Source: an uncultured delta proteobacterium (lineage in GTDB: Bacteria > Desulfobacterota > Desulfobacteria > Desulfobacterales > B30-G6). From it: a stretch of 64,000 nt of DNA. Below the pieces are notes generated by a model. The model was not told where the DNA came from. It made no database searches and was given only the letters and a program-made list of their open reading frames with translations. How positions within the stretch are numbered: the stretch's first letter is position 1; each line of letters begins with the position of its first letter. Made by a program: the position numbers and the translations under genes. The DNA lies in NCBI GenBank assembly GCA_963823335.1, contig CAWGLD010000001.1, forward strand, positions 1,056,001 to 1,120,000. Direction: 5' to 3'. This document shows positions 29,465 to 39,456 of this stretch, piece after piece.

Positions 29465-29561
29465 CAAGGCATTAAACTACGATAAGTCTGACCGCTTGAT
29501 CTGTCAGCCCATGACTGACCGAATGCACATGCTGAAGAAACCCAACACCGGATAATAACAG

Positions 29562-29999
29562 ATGAAATTTTTCAAAAGCAGAGAAAATCGCGGCAACCTG
29601 ATGGTGTGTTACGAAGATACCGATGTTTCCAAGGAAACCTTAAAGCTTGCCCAGAAATATGCCAAGGCGTGGCAGGTTGCCGTAGATGTCGTCTCCTCCT
29701 TTAAAAGAGAAGAACCGCTGGCGATATCTGAGGTAAGAGGAATGGAGGATGCCTTCCAGATCCAGATTAAGGAACAATTCACCAATAGCGATATCCCATA
29801 CCGTGCCCACCTGCTCGTGGATATCTATTCACCCGGAGAACAACTGGTTACGTTTTCCGAGGGCAAAGACTATGAATTCATCTTTATCGGGATATCCAAA
29901 AGATCAAAAGTCGGAAAACTTCTGTTCGGATCCACTGCGCAGTATATCATTTTAAATGCACCTTATCCGGTAATAACTGTTAACGGATTAAGCCGCTAG
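29562..29999 (+). CDS. Universal stress protein family
   Basis: SPGEQLV...IFIGISKRSKVGKLLFGSTAQYIILNAPYPVITV. Confidence 0.88.
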   Translation: MKFFKSRENRGNLMVCYEDTDVSKETLKLAQKYAKAWQVAVDVVSSFKREEPLAISEVRGMEDAFQIQIKEQFTNSDIPYRAHLLVDIYSPGEQLVTFSEGKDYEFIFIGISKRSKVGKLLFGSTAQYIILNAPYPVITVNGLSR

Positions 30000-30023
30000 C
30001 TTCGGAGGTTGAGCATGAACCCT

Positions 30024-30059
30024 TTCTCCCAGCTAATTGGGAGAAGAGCCTCTTTTATT
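30024..30059 (+). terminator. Possible terminator after usp
   Basis: TTCTCCCA-gctaat-TGGGAGAA stem followed at a distance by a T-rich tract. Confidence 0.4.
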
Positions 30060-30341
30060 ATCCGTGTCAACTTATCACAACCACCCCATAGACAGGTCTT
30101 TTCATGATCATTTCTTCAAGCCACAAAGCTACAGCTGATGGATAATGTTCAGTGGTCTCCTGTAAATATGTTATCGACTGTGTCAGGTTTGGATTGCTTT
30201 CTTTGAATTAAATGTATATGAAGCAGCATTTGCGACATTGTTCCATTATCTCAGAATTGACCAATGCTCACTGAAAACCGTGTGTTTTTGAACGTTTCAT
30301 AAGAAAACAGATATGGGTTTCCATAAAAAGGAAATACTATC

Positions 30342-31814
30342 ATGGACTCGTTCGATACGGCTATTCATTTTCCCCACCTTCGAGTTTTATCGGATGATCA
30401 ACTTCGCAATATCTATCGGGCAACATTGAGCTGTCTGCAGCGAACAGGTGTTGAGGTTCACAACCAGGAAGCAAGAGAGCTTCTATACGATGCCGGTGCG
30501 GACATCGATGATCATCGCGTTCGTATCCCCTCTCATGTTATTGAAACCATTCTGAACGATGTGCCTAAAACGTTTACGATCTATGGTCAAAATCAAAAAT
30601 GGGATATGTTGATTGAATCAGGTCAGGTCAGATATGGAACAGGGCCGACCTGTACCTATTTCATGGATCCAGAAACCGGAAAAAAACACAAGACCCAAAA
30701 AAGCGACCCGGCCCTTACTGCTCTGGTTTGTGGTGCATTGGAAAATATAGATTATGTAATGTCCCTTGGACTGATAGACAATGTCACATCCACTTTGGCC
30801 TCTGTCCACGAGTTTGCCCAAATGATCACCCACACAGGCAAGCCGATTCTTGGCTGGGCTTTCAAGAAAGACCATCTCGAGGACATTTATAAAATTGCTT
30901 CCGCCGTTTCAGGAAGCGAAGAGGCTTTTCAGCTGCGACCCAATTTCGGCTTCTTTTCTACCTGGCAGGCACCTCTGGCGCATATGGATGAGGATCTGAG
31001 CAACTGTCTGTGGGCCCTGGAGAGGAATATTCCGATCATATATATCGGTGGCGGAGTGGCGGGGTTAACTGCGCCGGTAACTGGCGCCGGTCTCCTGGTT
31101 TCCAACCTTGCCAGCATGCTCAGCGGCATGGCCATATTTCAACTGAAGAAACCGGGGGCGCCCGTTTGCCTGGGCGCAGTTCCAGCACCCATGGATCTTC
31201 GTACCGCACGGATGGCCTATGGCGGACCCGAAATGAGTCTGTACTCTGCAGCGCTTTCAGAGATCACGCAATTTCTAAATATTCCCTTTATGGGGACTGC
31301 CGGCGCATCAGAATCCAAGGTAATGGATCTTCAGGCTGCCATCGAAAGCACTTTTCAAGTGGTACTGTCGCAGATGAGCAAAGCCAATATGGTACATGAT
31401 GTTGGCTTTCTCGACTGTGCCGATATTGGTTCACTTGAAATGCTGGTGATGACCGATGAGATCATTTCCCAGGCAAAACGGATTACCAGGGGTATAGAGG
31501 TTAGCGAGGAAACCTTGATGCTTGATCTCATCGATGAGGTAGGGACCAAAGGCAGTTTTATTGCAACCCCGCAAACGGCCAGGCGATGCCGGGAGGAAAT
31601 TTATACATCCGACCTGATGGATCGAAATGCATGGGCAACCTGGCAGGAAAGCGGTGCCAAAACCATGCTGGAGCGGGTACAAGAGAAACTTGCTGACATT
31701 CTATCCCAGCCTCCTTCAATTCAACTGTCTAGTGACGTCCTCGATCGTATATCGGGGATAATCCAGGCGGCTGAACAAAGAGAAGGTATTTTTCTTTTTG
31801 AAAACACAGGGTAA
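30342..31814 (+). CDS. Non-pyrrolysine MttB-family (trimethylamine methyltransferase superfamily) corrinoid methyltransferase
   Basis: LSDDQLRNIY..L...GV, TAPVTGAG, YGGPE, GTAGASESK, HDVGFLD, SLEMLVMTDE; no in-frame TAG. Confidence 0.9.
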   Translation: MDSFDTAIHFPHLRVLSDDQLRNIYRATLSCLQRTGVEVHNQEARELLYDAGADIDDHRVRIPSHVIETILNDVPKTFTIYGQNQKWDMLIESGQVRYGTGPTCTYFMDPETGKKHKTQKSDPALTALVCGALENIDYVMSLGLIDNVTSTLASVHEFAQMITHTGKPILGWAFKKDHLEDIYKIASAVSGSEEAFQLRPNFGFFSTWQAPLAHMDEDLSNCLWALERNIPIIYIGGGVAGLTAPVTGAGLLVSNLASMLSGMAIFQLKKPGAPVCLGAVPAPMDLRTARMAYGGPEMSLYSAALSEITQFLNIPFMGTAGASESKVMDLQAAIESTFQVVLSQMSKANMVHDVGFLDCADIGSLEMLVMTDEIISQAKRITRGIEVSEETLMLDLIDEVGTKGSFIATPQTARRCREEIYTSDLMDRNAWATWQESGAKTMLERVQEKLADILSQPPSIQLSSDVLDRISGIIQAAEQREGIFLFENTG

Positions 31815-31827
31815 GAAGGAGAAGGCT

Positions 31828-32613
31828 ATGTTTTCATCTCGTGATATGGGCATCAGAAACATCAGGGCACGCAAGGAGCACCGGTGCTATGGCATGGGAC
31901 TGGGCATCATTATTCTGGACGATGTGTATCCCGGGTTTCCCGGTGACGTTAGAAATGCCAGCGCCTACCCATTTCCCATTCAATTCGAGATTGCTGAAGA
32001 GGTAGATATCAAAGCGCTGGTGGTGGTGGAAGATAAGACACCCTGCCTGGAGCCGATTCAGGAGGCCGCTAAAAAACTGGAGAGAATGGGCTGTCGGGCC
32101 ATTGTCGCAGAGTGCGGTTATTTTGCTCTTTTTCAGAAGGAAATAGCCAAACACGTGAATGTCCCGGTTTTCATGTCCAGTCTCTTACAGGTCCCATGGG
32201 CACAGCAACTCGTGGGCCCAGATAAGCTCGTTGGTATCCTGGTGGCCGAAAAAATGTATCTTACGGATGCACATCTCGCCGCAGTTGATGTCGAGATCGG
32301 CAGCAACTATGTGATCGCCGGTGCTGAGGATGAATATCACTGTCCTGAATTCGAGCACCTGTGGAGCCAGTCAAAACGGACGGACCCGCCGGGTGCCAAT
32401 TATGAAAAAGCAGAATTCGATTTTGTTGCTGCAGGTGTCGACTTCTATCGTAAACATCCGAAAATGAGTGCCATGGTACTTGAATGTACAGGATTTCCCC
32501 CCTTTGCCAGAGCACTTCAGCGTGAGATCAACATTCCTTTGTTCAGTTGGGGAACACTTCTCGATTTTGCCTACGGCATCAGCGTCCACCGCGATTATTA
32601 CGGACATGTTTGA
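31828..32613 (+). CDS. Asp/Glu racemase superfamily protein, Alma1 DMSP-lyase-like clade
   Basis: LGIIILD..YP..PGDV, AECGYF..FQ, PVFMSSL, LECTGFPP; both catalytic Cys present. Confidence 0.75.
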   Translation: MFSSRDMGIRNIRARKEHRCYGMGLGIIILDDVYPGFPGDVRNASAYPFPIQFEIAEEVDIKALVVVEDKTPCLEPIQEAAKKLERMGCRAIVAECGYFALFQKEIAKHVNVPVFMSSLLQVPWAQQLVGPDKLVGILVAEKMYLTDAHLAAVDVEIGSNYVIAGAEDEYHCPEFEHLWSQSKRTDPPGANYEKAEFDFVAAGVDFYRKHPKMSAMVLECTGFPPFARALQREINIPLFSWGTLLDFAYGISVHRDYYGHV

Positions 32614-32680
32614 ATCGTCCACTATAAACATGCTTGAGCAATACAGGGAGTCGCGGCGATACGAAGAGAAAATGTCACGC

Positions 32681-32723
32681 TATACCGTTTGCCAGAATGA
32701 CGTTCCGAAACTGCGTCGGCAAA
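32681..32723. repeat. Partial repeat (family B)
   Basis: TATACCGTTTGCCAGAATGACGTTCCGAA resembles the arms of the 57722-57815 element. Confidence 0.4.
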
Positions 32724-32807
32724 TAACCTCAAACAACAGTTATAAAAGCCCCAAGAATCCTTTTGGCCGAAAACTGGCAGGAGAGCGACCTTTTCAAAAG
32801 GAGTAAA

Positions 32808-34028
32808 ATGATGGATTTCGGAGCGCCTCACAAAGAGAACTTTTTAAGATATCTTGAAAATGAAACAACTGCCTTGAAGGAAAGCGGTCTTTACAAGACA
32901 GAACACGAGATTACCACTCCCCAGGCAGTGGAAATTACCATTCAAGATGATAAAAACTGTATCAACTTCTGTGCCAACAACTATCTTGGCCTCGCCAATC
33001 ATCCGGAGTTGATCAAGGCGGCACAGGACGGTGCAGGGCGATACGGGTTTGGCATGGCTTCTGTGCGGTTTATCTGTGGCACGCAGATACTTCATAAAGA
33101 CCTGGAAGCGCGCTTGAGTCGATTTCTGGGCACAGGGGACACCATTCTGTACTCTTCCTGTTTTGATGCCAATGGAGGTTTGTTTGAAACCATTCTTGGC
33201 CTGGAAGATGCTGTTATTTCAGATGAATTGAATCATGCATCCATCATCGATGGTGTTCGGTTATGTAAAGCCATGCGTTTCCGATATAAGAACAATGATA
33301 TGGATGATCTTGAAGCAAAACTTCGGGAAGCAGATAACGCAGGTGCCCGCTTCAAACTGATTGCCACCGATGGTGTCTTTTCCATGGACGGTATCATCGC
33401 CAATTTAAAAGTTATTTGTGATCTTGCCGACCAATATGGCGCCCTGGTCATGGTGGACGATTCTCATGCGGTGGGTTTTATGGGTAAAAATGGCCGCGGC
33501 ACACCGGAGTTTTGCGGTGTTGAAGACCGGATCGACATCCTGACCGGCACATTGGGAAAGGCCCTGGGGGGGGCGTCCGGGGGGTATACCAGCGGGAGTA
33601 AAGAACTGGTTGCCTGGCTGCGTCAGCGATCTCGGCCTTACCTGTTTTCCAACACCCTGGCACCCATGATTGCCGCAGCGTCTCTAAAAGTGCTGGACTT
33701 GTTAGACGAGAGCGATGAGCTTCGTGTCAAACTGATAAAAAACAATCAGTACTTCAGAACAGAAATGGAAGACCTGGGTTTTAACCTGGTACCGGGAGAG
33801 CATCCCATCATTCCAATCATGCTTGGTGATGCCAAGCTCGCATCGGAAATGGCCGATCGAATGCTAAAAGAAGGCATCTACGTTACCAGTTTCAGCTATC
33901 CGGTTGTCCCCAAAGGCAGGGCCCGCATTCGGACACAGATGTCTGCCGCTCACGAGAGACACCATCTGGACAAGGCTATCGCAGCTTTTGCAAAAGTGGG
34001 CCGTGATCTGGGTGTCATTTCATCATAG
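32808..34028 (+). CDS. kbl: 2-amino-3-ketobutyrate CoA ligase (glycine C-acetyltransferase)
   Basis: [42 protein letters not shown]. Confidence 0.95.
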   Translation: MMDFGAPHKENFLRYLENETTALKESGLYKTEHEITTPQAVEITIQDDKNCINFCANNYLGLANHPELIKAAQDGAGRYGFGMASVRFICGTQILHKDLEARLSRFLGTGDTILYSSCFDANGGLFETILGLEDAVISDELNHASIIDGVRLCKAMRFRYKNNDMDDLEAKLREADNAGARFKLIATDGVFSMDGIIANLKVICDLADQYGALVMVDDSHAVGFMGKNGRGTPEFCGVEDRIDILTGTLGKALGGASGGYTSGSKELVAWLRQRSRPYLFSNTLAPMIAAASLKVLDLLDESDELRVKLIKNNQYFRTEMEDLGFNLVPGEHPIIPIMLGDAKLASEMADRMLKEGIYVTSFSYPVVPKGRARIRTQMSAAHERHHLDKAIAAFAKVGRDLGVISS

Positions 34029-34131
34029 ACGCGGAAACGTTACATCACATAAATCGCGAGGTTATACTATCGTGCAAAACCGGGTTTTTTAAGCCCGGGA
34101 ATCAATTCTTTTTTCCTCACCGGAGGATAAT

Positions 34132-35163
34132 ATGAAAGCGCTTGTAAAGGCAAAGCCGGAACCGGGTGTTTGGCTCTCAGATGTGGCCGAACCGGATGTC
34201 GGTATCAACGATGTGTTGATCCGGGTTCATAAAACCGCCATCTGTGGCACGGATGTCCATATCTATAACTGGAATGCCTGGGCCAGGAAAACAATTCCCA
34301 TCCCCATGCATTTTGGTCATGAATTTGTTGGTAAGGTGGTGGACACCGGTCAAAATGTTCACGATTTCAAACCAGGTGATATCGTGTCGGGTGAAGGACA
34401 CCTGGTTTGTGGAAAATGTCGCAACTGCCTGGCCGGCAGGAGACATCTGTGTATGAAAACCAGCGGTGTGGGTGTCAATCGACCGGGTGCCTTTGCTGAA
34501 TACCTGAGTATTCCGGTTACCAATGTCTGGTACTGTGACCCAAAGATCCCCATGGATATTCTGGCATGTTTTGACCCTCTGGGAAATGCGACCCATACCG
34601 CCCTCAGTTTTGATTTGCTGGGAGAGGATGTTCTTATCACCGGCGCAGGTCCCATTGGATGCATGGCCGCGGCCATCGCCAGGCACGCAGGAGCAAGGCA
34701 CGTGGTTGTCACCGATGTAAATACCTATCGTCTTGGGCTGGCAAAATCCATGGGAGCCACCATGACCCTGGATGTACGTAAAGAAAAAATTGAAGATGCC
34801 CAGGCGGCTCTGGGTATGAAGGAAGGGTTTGATGTGGGCATGGAAATGTCCGGCAACCCTGAAGCGCTTCAAAATATGCTTTCCAACATGTGTCACGGCG
34901 CCAAAATTGCACTTCTGGGAATACTTTCGCCGGAAACGACCATTAATTGGGATTTTGTCATTTTCAATGGTTTGACCATCCAGGGTATCTATGGTCGGGA
35001 AATGTATGAAACCTGGTATAAGATGACCGTCATGATTCAATCGGGTTTGGATATTCAGCCGATCATCACCCATCGATATGATTTCAGCGAGTACGAAGCC
35101 GCCTTTCAGGCAATGCGCTCCGGCCAATCAGGAAAAGTGATTTTAAACTGGTTTAGTGATTGA
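34132..35163 (+). CDS. tdh: L-threonine 3-dehydrogenase
   Basis: [51 protein letters not shown]. Confidence 0.95.
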   Translation: MKALVKAKPEPGVWLSDVAEPDVGINDVLIRVHKTAICGTDVHIYNWNAWARKTIPIPMHFGHEFVGKVVDTGQNVHDFKPGDIVSGEGHLVCGKCRNCLAGRRHLCMKTSGVGVNRPGAFAEYLSIPVTNVWYCDPKIPMDILACFDPLGNATHTALSFDLLGEDVLITGAGPIGCMAAAIARHAGARHVVVTDVNTYRLGLAKSMGATMTLDVRKEKIEDAQAALGMKEGFDVGMEMSGNPEALQNMLSNMCHGAKIALLGILSPETTINWDFVIFNGLTIQGIYGREMYETWYKMTVMIQSGLDIQPIITHRYDFSEYEAAFQAMRSGQSGKVILNWFSD

Positions 35164-35241
35164 ATTTTAGGAACAGCTATTTTATAGAGGATTCTGATAA
35201 ATGCGAGAGGTCCCACAAACCCGAATAGGAGATATCTAAAC

Positions 35242-35877
35242 ATGAACGATCTGTATGAAAAAATGGCCCAGGAGTTGATTACAGGAAATGTAGTGGAGGT
35301 CAAGAAGCTGACCCAGGAAGCCTTGGACAAGGGGGCTAATCCAAAGGAAGTGCTCGACAAAGGATTGTTGGCAGGTATGGAAGTTGTGGGTAAACGTTTC
35401 AAGGCTGGGGATATGTTTATTCCGGAAGTGCTGCTCTGCGCCAGAACCATGCATGCCGCCATGGATATTCTCAAGCCCCTTCTGTCGGATGCCGATGCAG
35501 CCGGGGCAGGTACCGTTGTTATCGGAACAGTAGAAGGAGACTTGCATGATATTGGAAAAAATCTGGTGGCGATGATGCTCCAGGGGGCAGGCTTCAAGGT
35601 CATCGATCTGGGTGTCAATATCAAGCCTCAGGGATTTGTCGATGCCGTCAAAGAACACAAACCCAATATCCTCGGCATGTCAGCACTTTTGACGACCACC
35701 ATGCCCAAGATGGCGGAAACCATCACGGCGCTCAAGGAAGCCGGTATTCGCGACCAGGTAAAAATCATGGCGGGTGGTGCACCTGTAACCCAGGATTTTA
35801 TCGAAAAAATCGGCGCGGATGCCTATGGTGCAAACGCTGCGTCCGCATCTGAAAACGCCAAAGCACTTATTGCCTGA
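35242..35877 (+). CDS. Methyltransferase cognate corrinoid protein (MttC/MtgC-like)
   Basis: Cap domain GMEVVG..F...FIPE; EGDLHDIGKN (DxHxxG); SALLTTT; GGAPV. Confidence 0.92.
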   Translation: MNDLYEKMAQELITGNVVEVKKLTQEALDKGANPKEVLDKGLLAGMEVVGKRFKAGDMFIPEVLLCARTMHAAMDILKPLLSDADAAGAGTVVIGTVEGDLHDIGKNLVAMMLQGAGFKVIDLGVNIKPQGFVDAVKEHKPNILGMSALLTTTMPKMAETITALKEAGIRDQVKIMAGGAPVTQDFIEKIGADAYGANAASASENAKALIA

Positions 35878-35897
35878 TCATTCTCTTTAATTAAACA

Positions 35898-37481
35898 ATG
35901 ATTACTCTCCTCGATTATGGCGCAGGTAATGTCCGAAGCGTTATCAACGCCATCGAAAAGCTGGGCGAGACCGTCCGGGTTGTAAAAAAGAGCCAGGATA
36001 TTCTATCCGCTGAAAAACTCGTTTTCCCCGGTGTGGGCAATTTTGGAAACATGATCCATATATTGAACAAAAAACAGTATATGGATCCCTTGAAAATTTA
36101 CCTGCAAAACAATCGACCGTTTTTGGGTATCTGCCTGGGCCTGCATGCCTTGTTTGAAGAGAGCGAAGAAGCCCCCGGTCTCAAGGGGCTCGGTATTTTC
36201 AAAGGGTGTGCCCGCCGATTTCGTGTGAAGCAATCAGTCCCTCACATCGGATGGAACGGTATCAAGGTGGAACAATCGTCCATCCTGTTTGACGGGTTAA
36301 AAGGTGATGAAAAGTTCTATTTTGTTCATTCCTACTATGTCGACCCCACTGATGCATCGGTTGTCATGACAACCACGGACTATGGCATAGAATTTGTCAG
36401 CGGTATCCAGAAGGGCAATATTCTGGCCACACAATTCCATCCTGAAAAGAGCGGTTCTGCGGGGCTTACACTCCTGAAAAATTTCATTCAAAAAGACAGC
36501 CAAGCGACATCACCCGCGATTCGGCCTGTGAAAACAAAGCTTGCCAGACGGATTATTGCCTGCCTGGACGTTCGATCCAATGATCAGGGTGATCTCGTGG
36601 TAACCAAAGGGGATCAGTACGATGTACGGGAAGAAGGGGCGGTCAGAAATCTTGGCAAACCAGTAGAACTTGCCCAACGATATTACGATGAATGCGCCGA
36701 TGAAATCACGTTTTTGAACATTACGGGATTTCGGGCTTTTCCTCTCGAAGATATGCCCATGCTGGAGGTCTTGAAGCAGACTTCCAAGACGGTGTTTGTG
36801 CCGCTGACCATCGGCGGCGGCATTCGGGATTATACAGATAAAGACGGCCGGCAGTATTCCGCACTGGCGGTAGCCGAAGAATATTTCAGGTCAGGTGCCG
36901 ACAAGATCTCCATTGGAAGCGATGCCGTGTATATCGCCGAGACCTATCTGAAAACAGGCGTAAAGACTGACAAAAGCTCCATAGAGCAGATTTCAAAGAT
37001 ATATGGCAACCAGGCGGTAGTCATTTCCATTGACCCCAGGCGTGTATACGTTCACACCTCCGATGCCGTGAACCACCCTGTTATCGAAACCCGAATACCC
37101 GGTCCGGACGGTGAGACCTTGTGCTGGTTTCAATGTACCGTCCAAGGTGGAAGAGAAGGCCGGGATCTGGATGCCATCACGCTTGCCAGGGTGTGTGAAG
37201 TTCTGGGAGCCGGTGAAATATTGCTTAACTGCATCGACAGGGATGGTACCAACATTGGTTTTGATATCGAGTTGATCAATGCGGTCAAGCAGGCTGTAAG
37301 CATTCCGGTGATTGCCTCGAGTGGTGCCGGATGTGTTGAGCACTTCCAGGAAGTGTTCGAGGAGACAGATGTCGAATCAGCCTTGGCGGCAGGTATCTTT
37401 CATCGAAGAGAGGTCCCCATTTTTCAGGTAAAAAATTTTCTAATGAGCAAACAGGAAATCCGTCCTTGTCCCGGTTTTTAG
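35898..37481 (+). CDS. hisHF: Fused imidazole glycerol phosphate synthase HisH-HisF
   Basis: GATase DYGAGN, GICLG, QFHPEKSG, then cyclase RIIACLDVRSND, SSGAG, ALAAGIFH in one ORF. Confidence 0.93.
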   Translation: MITLLDYGAGNVRSVINAIEKLGETVRVVKKSQDILSAEKLVFPGVGNFGNMIHILNKKQYMDPLKIYLQNNRPFLGICLGLHALFEESEEAPGLKGLGIFKGCARRFRVKQSVPHIGWNGIKVEQSSILFDGLKGDEKFYFVHSYYVDPTDASVVMTTTDYGIEFVSGIQKGNILATQFHPEKSGSAGLTLLKNFIQKDSQATSPAIRPVKTKLARRIIACLDVRSNDQGDLVVTKGDQYDVREEGAVRNLGKPVELAQRYYDECADEITFLNITGFRAFPLEDMPMLEVLKQTSKTVFVPLTIGGGIRDYTDKDGRQYSALAVAEEYFRSGADKISIGSDAVYIAETYLKTGVKTDKSSIEQISKIYGNQAVVISIDPRRVYVHTSDAVNHPVIETRIPGPDGETLCWFQCTVQGGREGRDLDAITLARVCEVLGAGEILLNCIDRDGTNIGFDIELINAVKQAVSIPVIASSGAGCVEHFQEVFEETDVESALAAGIFHRREVPIFQVKNFLMSKQEIRPCPGF

Positions 37482-37529
37482 AGAACTGTACGATGATGAT
37501 TCTTTCTAATTAATTTCAGGGATGCAACA

Positions 37530-38564
37530 CTATCGGTTCGGTTTGATAACCGTTCGCACTTGACCTTTGAATTGTTCGAGCTCTTCGAGGACCTTGTTGA
37601 TAGCGTCGGCATCCAGGGATACGGAATCTGTGATGACATGAGAAAGATCAATTCTGCCCTGGCGCAAAAACTCCAGAAGAATCGGCAATTCCTCTAGAAG
37701 GTGATCTGAACAGCCGATAATTTCAACCTCCTTACCCAGCAATTCCCGGTAGGAATCAACCTCGAACGGGGATTCAGCGATGCCTGCCAGGGCGGCCCGC
37801 CCGAATACACCCAGACAACGAACCGCCTGCTGCATGGTTTCCGGCAATCCGATAACCTCCAGAGAAACATCAACACCCTTTCCCCGGGTTTTTTGATGAA
37901 GTGTTTCAACCGGGTCGCATGCCGAAGCATCCACCGGGAGGGCACCATATGTCTCAGCCGTTGCTAATTTTTGCGGACTGATATCGATGGCAAAAACAGC
38001 CGAGGCGCCCATGGCGTAGGCCAGTTGAATGGCGGACATACCCAGACCTCCGGCACCGAAAACGGCAACGGTTTCGCCGGCACTCAATCGGGCCTTGCGC
38101 AGCGCATGAAAGGAGGTGGATGTCGAACACATGAGAACCGCACCCTGTTCAAAGGAAACTGCATCCGGGAGGGGAACGGCATTCCGTGCCGGAACCGCAA
38201 TGTACTCTGCATATCCTCCATCCCGATGTTTTCCGATCATCGTGCCTGTCACACAGAACTGTTCCCGGCCTTGTCTACAGTAATCACAGTCGCCGCAGGT
38301 CAGCAGATAATGAAGGCTGACCCTTTCCCCGACGCGGTCATTCGATACGCTGGTGCCAACCTTTTCAATGAGGCCGGCAACTTCATGTCCCAAGGTCTGG
38401 GGCAAAATACCCACCGGAGACTTGCCTGCCCGGTAGTGCACGTCCGAGTGGCAGATACCGGCTGCCATCACGCGAACTAGGACATCGTGTTCTACCACAG
38501 CTGGAATGGGGACTTCCTGTTCCTGTAGTGGTTTTCCAATTTCCACCAACCTGACGGCTTTCAT
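37530..38564 (-). CDS. Zinc-binding alcohol dehydrogenase family
   Basis: GICHSD, GHE, CGDCDYC..C, GAGGLG. Confidence 0.9.
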   Translation of the reverse strand: MKAVRLVEIGKPLQEQEVPIPAVVEHDVLVRVMAAGICHSDVHYRAGKSPVGILPQTLGHEVAGLIEKVGTSVSNDRVGERVSLHYLLTCGDCDYCRQGREQFCVTGTMIGKHRDGGYAEYIAVPARNAVPLPDAVSFEQGAVLMCSTSTSFHALRKARLSAGETVAVFGAGGLGMSAIQLAYAMGASAVFAIDISPQKLATAETYGALPVDASACDPVETLHQKTRGKGVDVSLEVIGLPETMQQAVRCLGVFGRAALAGIAESPFEVDSYRELLGKEVEIIGCSDHLLEELPILLEFLRQGRIDLSHVITDSVSLDADAINKVLEELEQFKGQVRTVIKPNR

Positions 38565-38607
38565 GACGACTCCTTTTTTTCACCTAAACACTCAATTTAG
38601 ATATCGT

Positions 38608-39357
38608 TTATGATGGTATTGTCTCCATACTCGCGAATTTTGGCTCGTGAAGCGGGATTAACACGTCTGCCATTTTCTTGACCGTTGTCATGATGTCATA
38701 GGCTTCATAGGTGTTCACATGGGTTCCAGGAGGTATGACATCCATCTCCATGGCGCGGATTTCTCTTGGGGGGTTGAAATTCTCATCGATAACACAAAAG
38801 CCGGTGATGGCGGCGCTTCCCTTTTTCGTGTCAATGAACACCGTCATGCCGCCTTTCGTGTGGACGGGGGTGTGCATAACGCTTATCCCGGGAACGATTT
38901 CCGTATCCCGGGAAAGGGATCTGACCTGGCCGTTATCTTCAACGTCTTCAATATAATCTTCCAGGTAGCGGTAATCCAGGGGGTGCGGATTGTGAATACT
39001 TTCCAGTTCTTTTTCGTGAACAAAAATTTCGGCATTGCTGCACTTGTAGTCATTTTCACAATGATCATTGTGCAGGTGGGTATGGATTACAATATCGATG
39101 ACTTCTGGTGTGAGCCCCCATCGGGCAAGCCCCTCCTCGAAACTGTATATCCTGCCATTGATGGCGGTCTCCCTTTCTTTTGACTGGATCGGGCTCATCT
39201 CACCGGTGTCGACGAGTATTTTTTTTTCTCCTCCTTCGATATACCAGCAATAGATGGGGATGGTATAGGTTTCACCGTAGCCATGCTGGTAGGTCATCAT
39301 GGTTTTGTCGAAAATTTTTGTGCCCATTACGATTGGATGTATTTTAAATTTTGGCAT
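38608..39357 (-). CDS. Metallo-beta-lactamase fold hydrolase (N-acyl homoserine lactonase-like family)
   Basis: ILVDTG, HTHLHNDH, HTPVHT, IPLHE. Confidence 0.8.
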   Translation of the reverse strand: MPKFKIHPIVMGTKIFDKTMMTYQHGYGETYTIPIYCWYIEGGEKKILVDTGEMSPIQSKERETAINGRIYSFEEGLARWGLTPEVIDIVIHTHLHNDHCENDYKCSNAEIFVHEKELESIHNPHPLDYRYLEDYIEDVEDNGQVRSLSRDTEIVPGISVMHTPVHTKGGMTVFIDTKKGSAAITGFCVIDENFNPPREIRAMEMDVIPPGTHVNTYEAYDIMTTVKKMADVLIPLHEPKFASMETIPS

Positions 39358-39456
39358 ACTGTAACATTCCTTAATATAAAGACTTTTTATGTGACAAAGA
39401 TGCAGCCATTTGTACGCTTCTGGCGTAGGGACCGGCTTTATTTGATCTGTTGACGG

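Noticed and set aside
34177-35127. 316-aa antisense ORF
   Set aside because: Shadow of tdh with no recognisable motifs; a codon-bias artefact.
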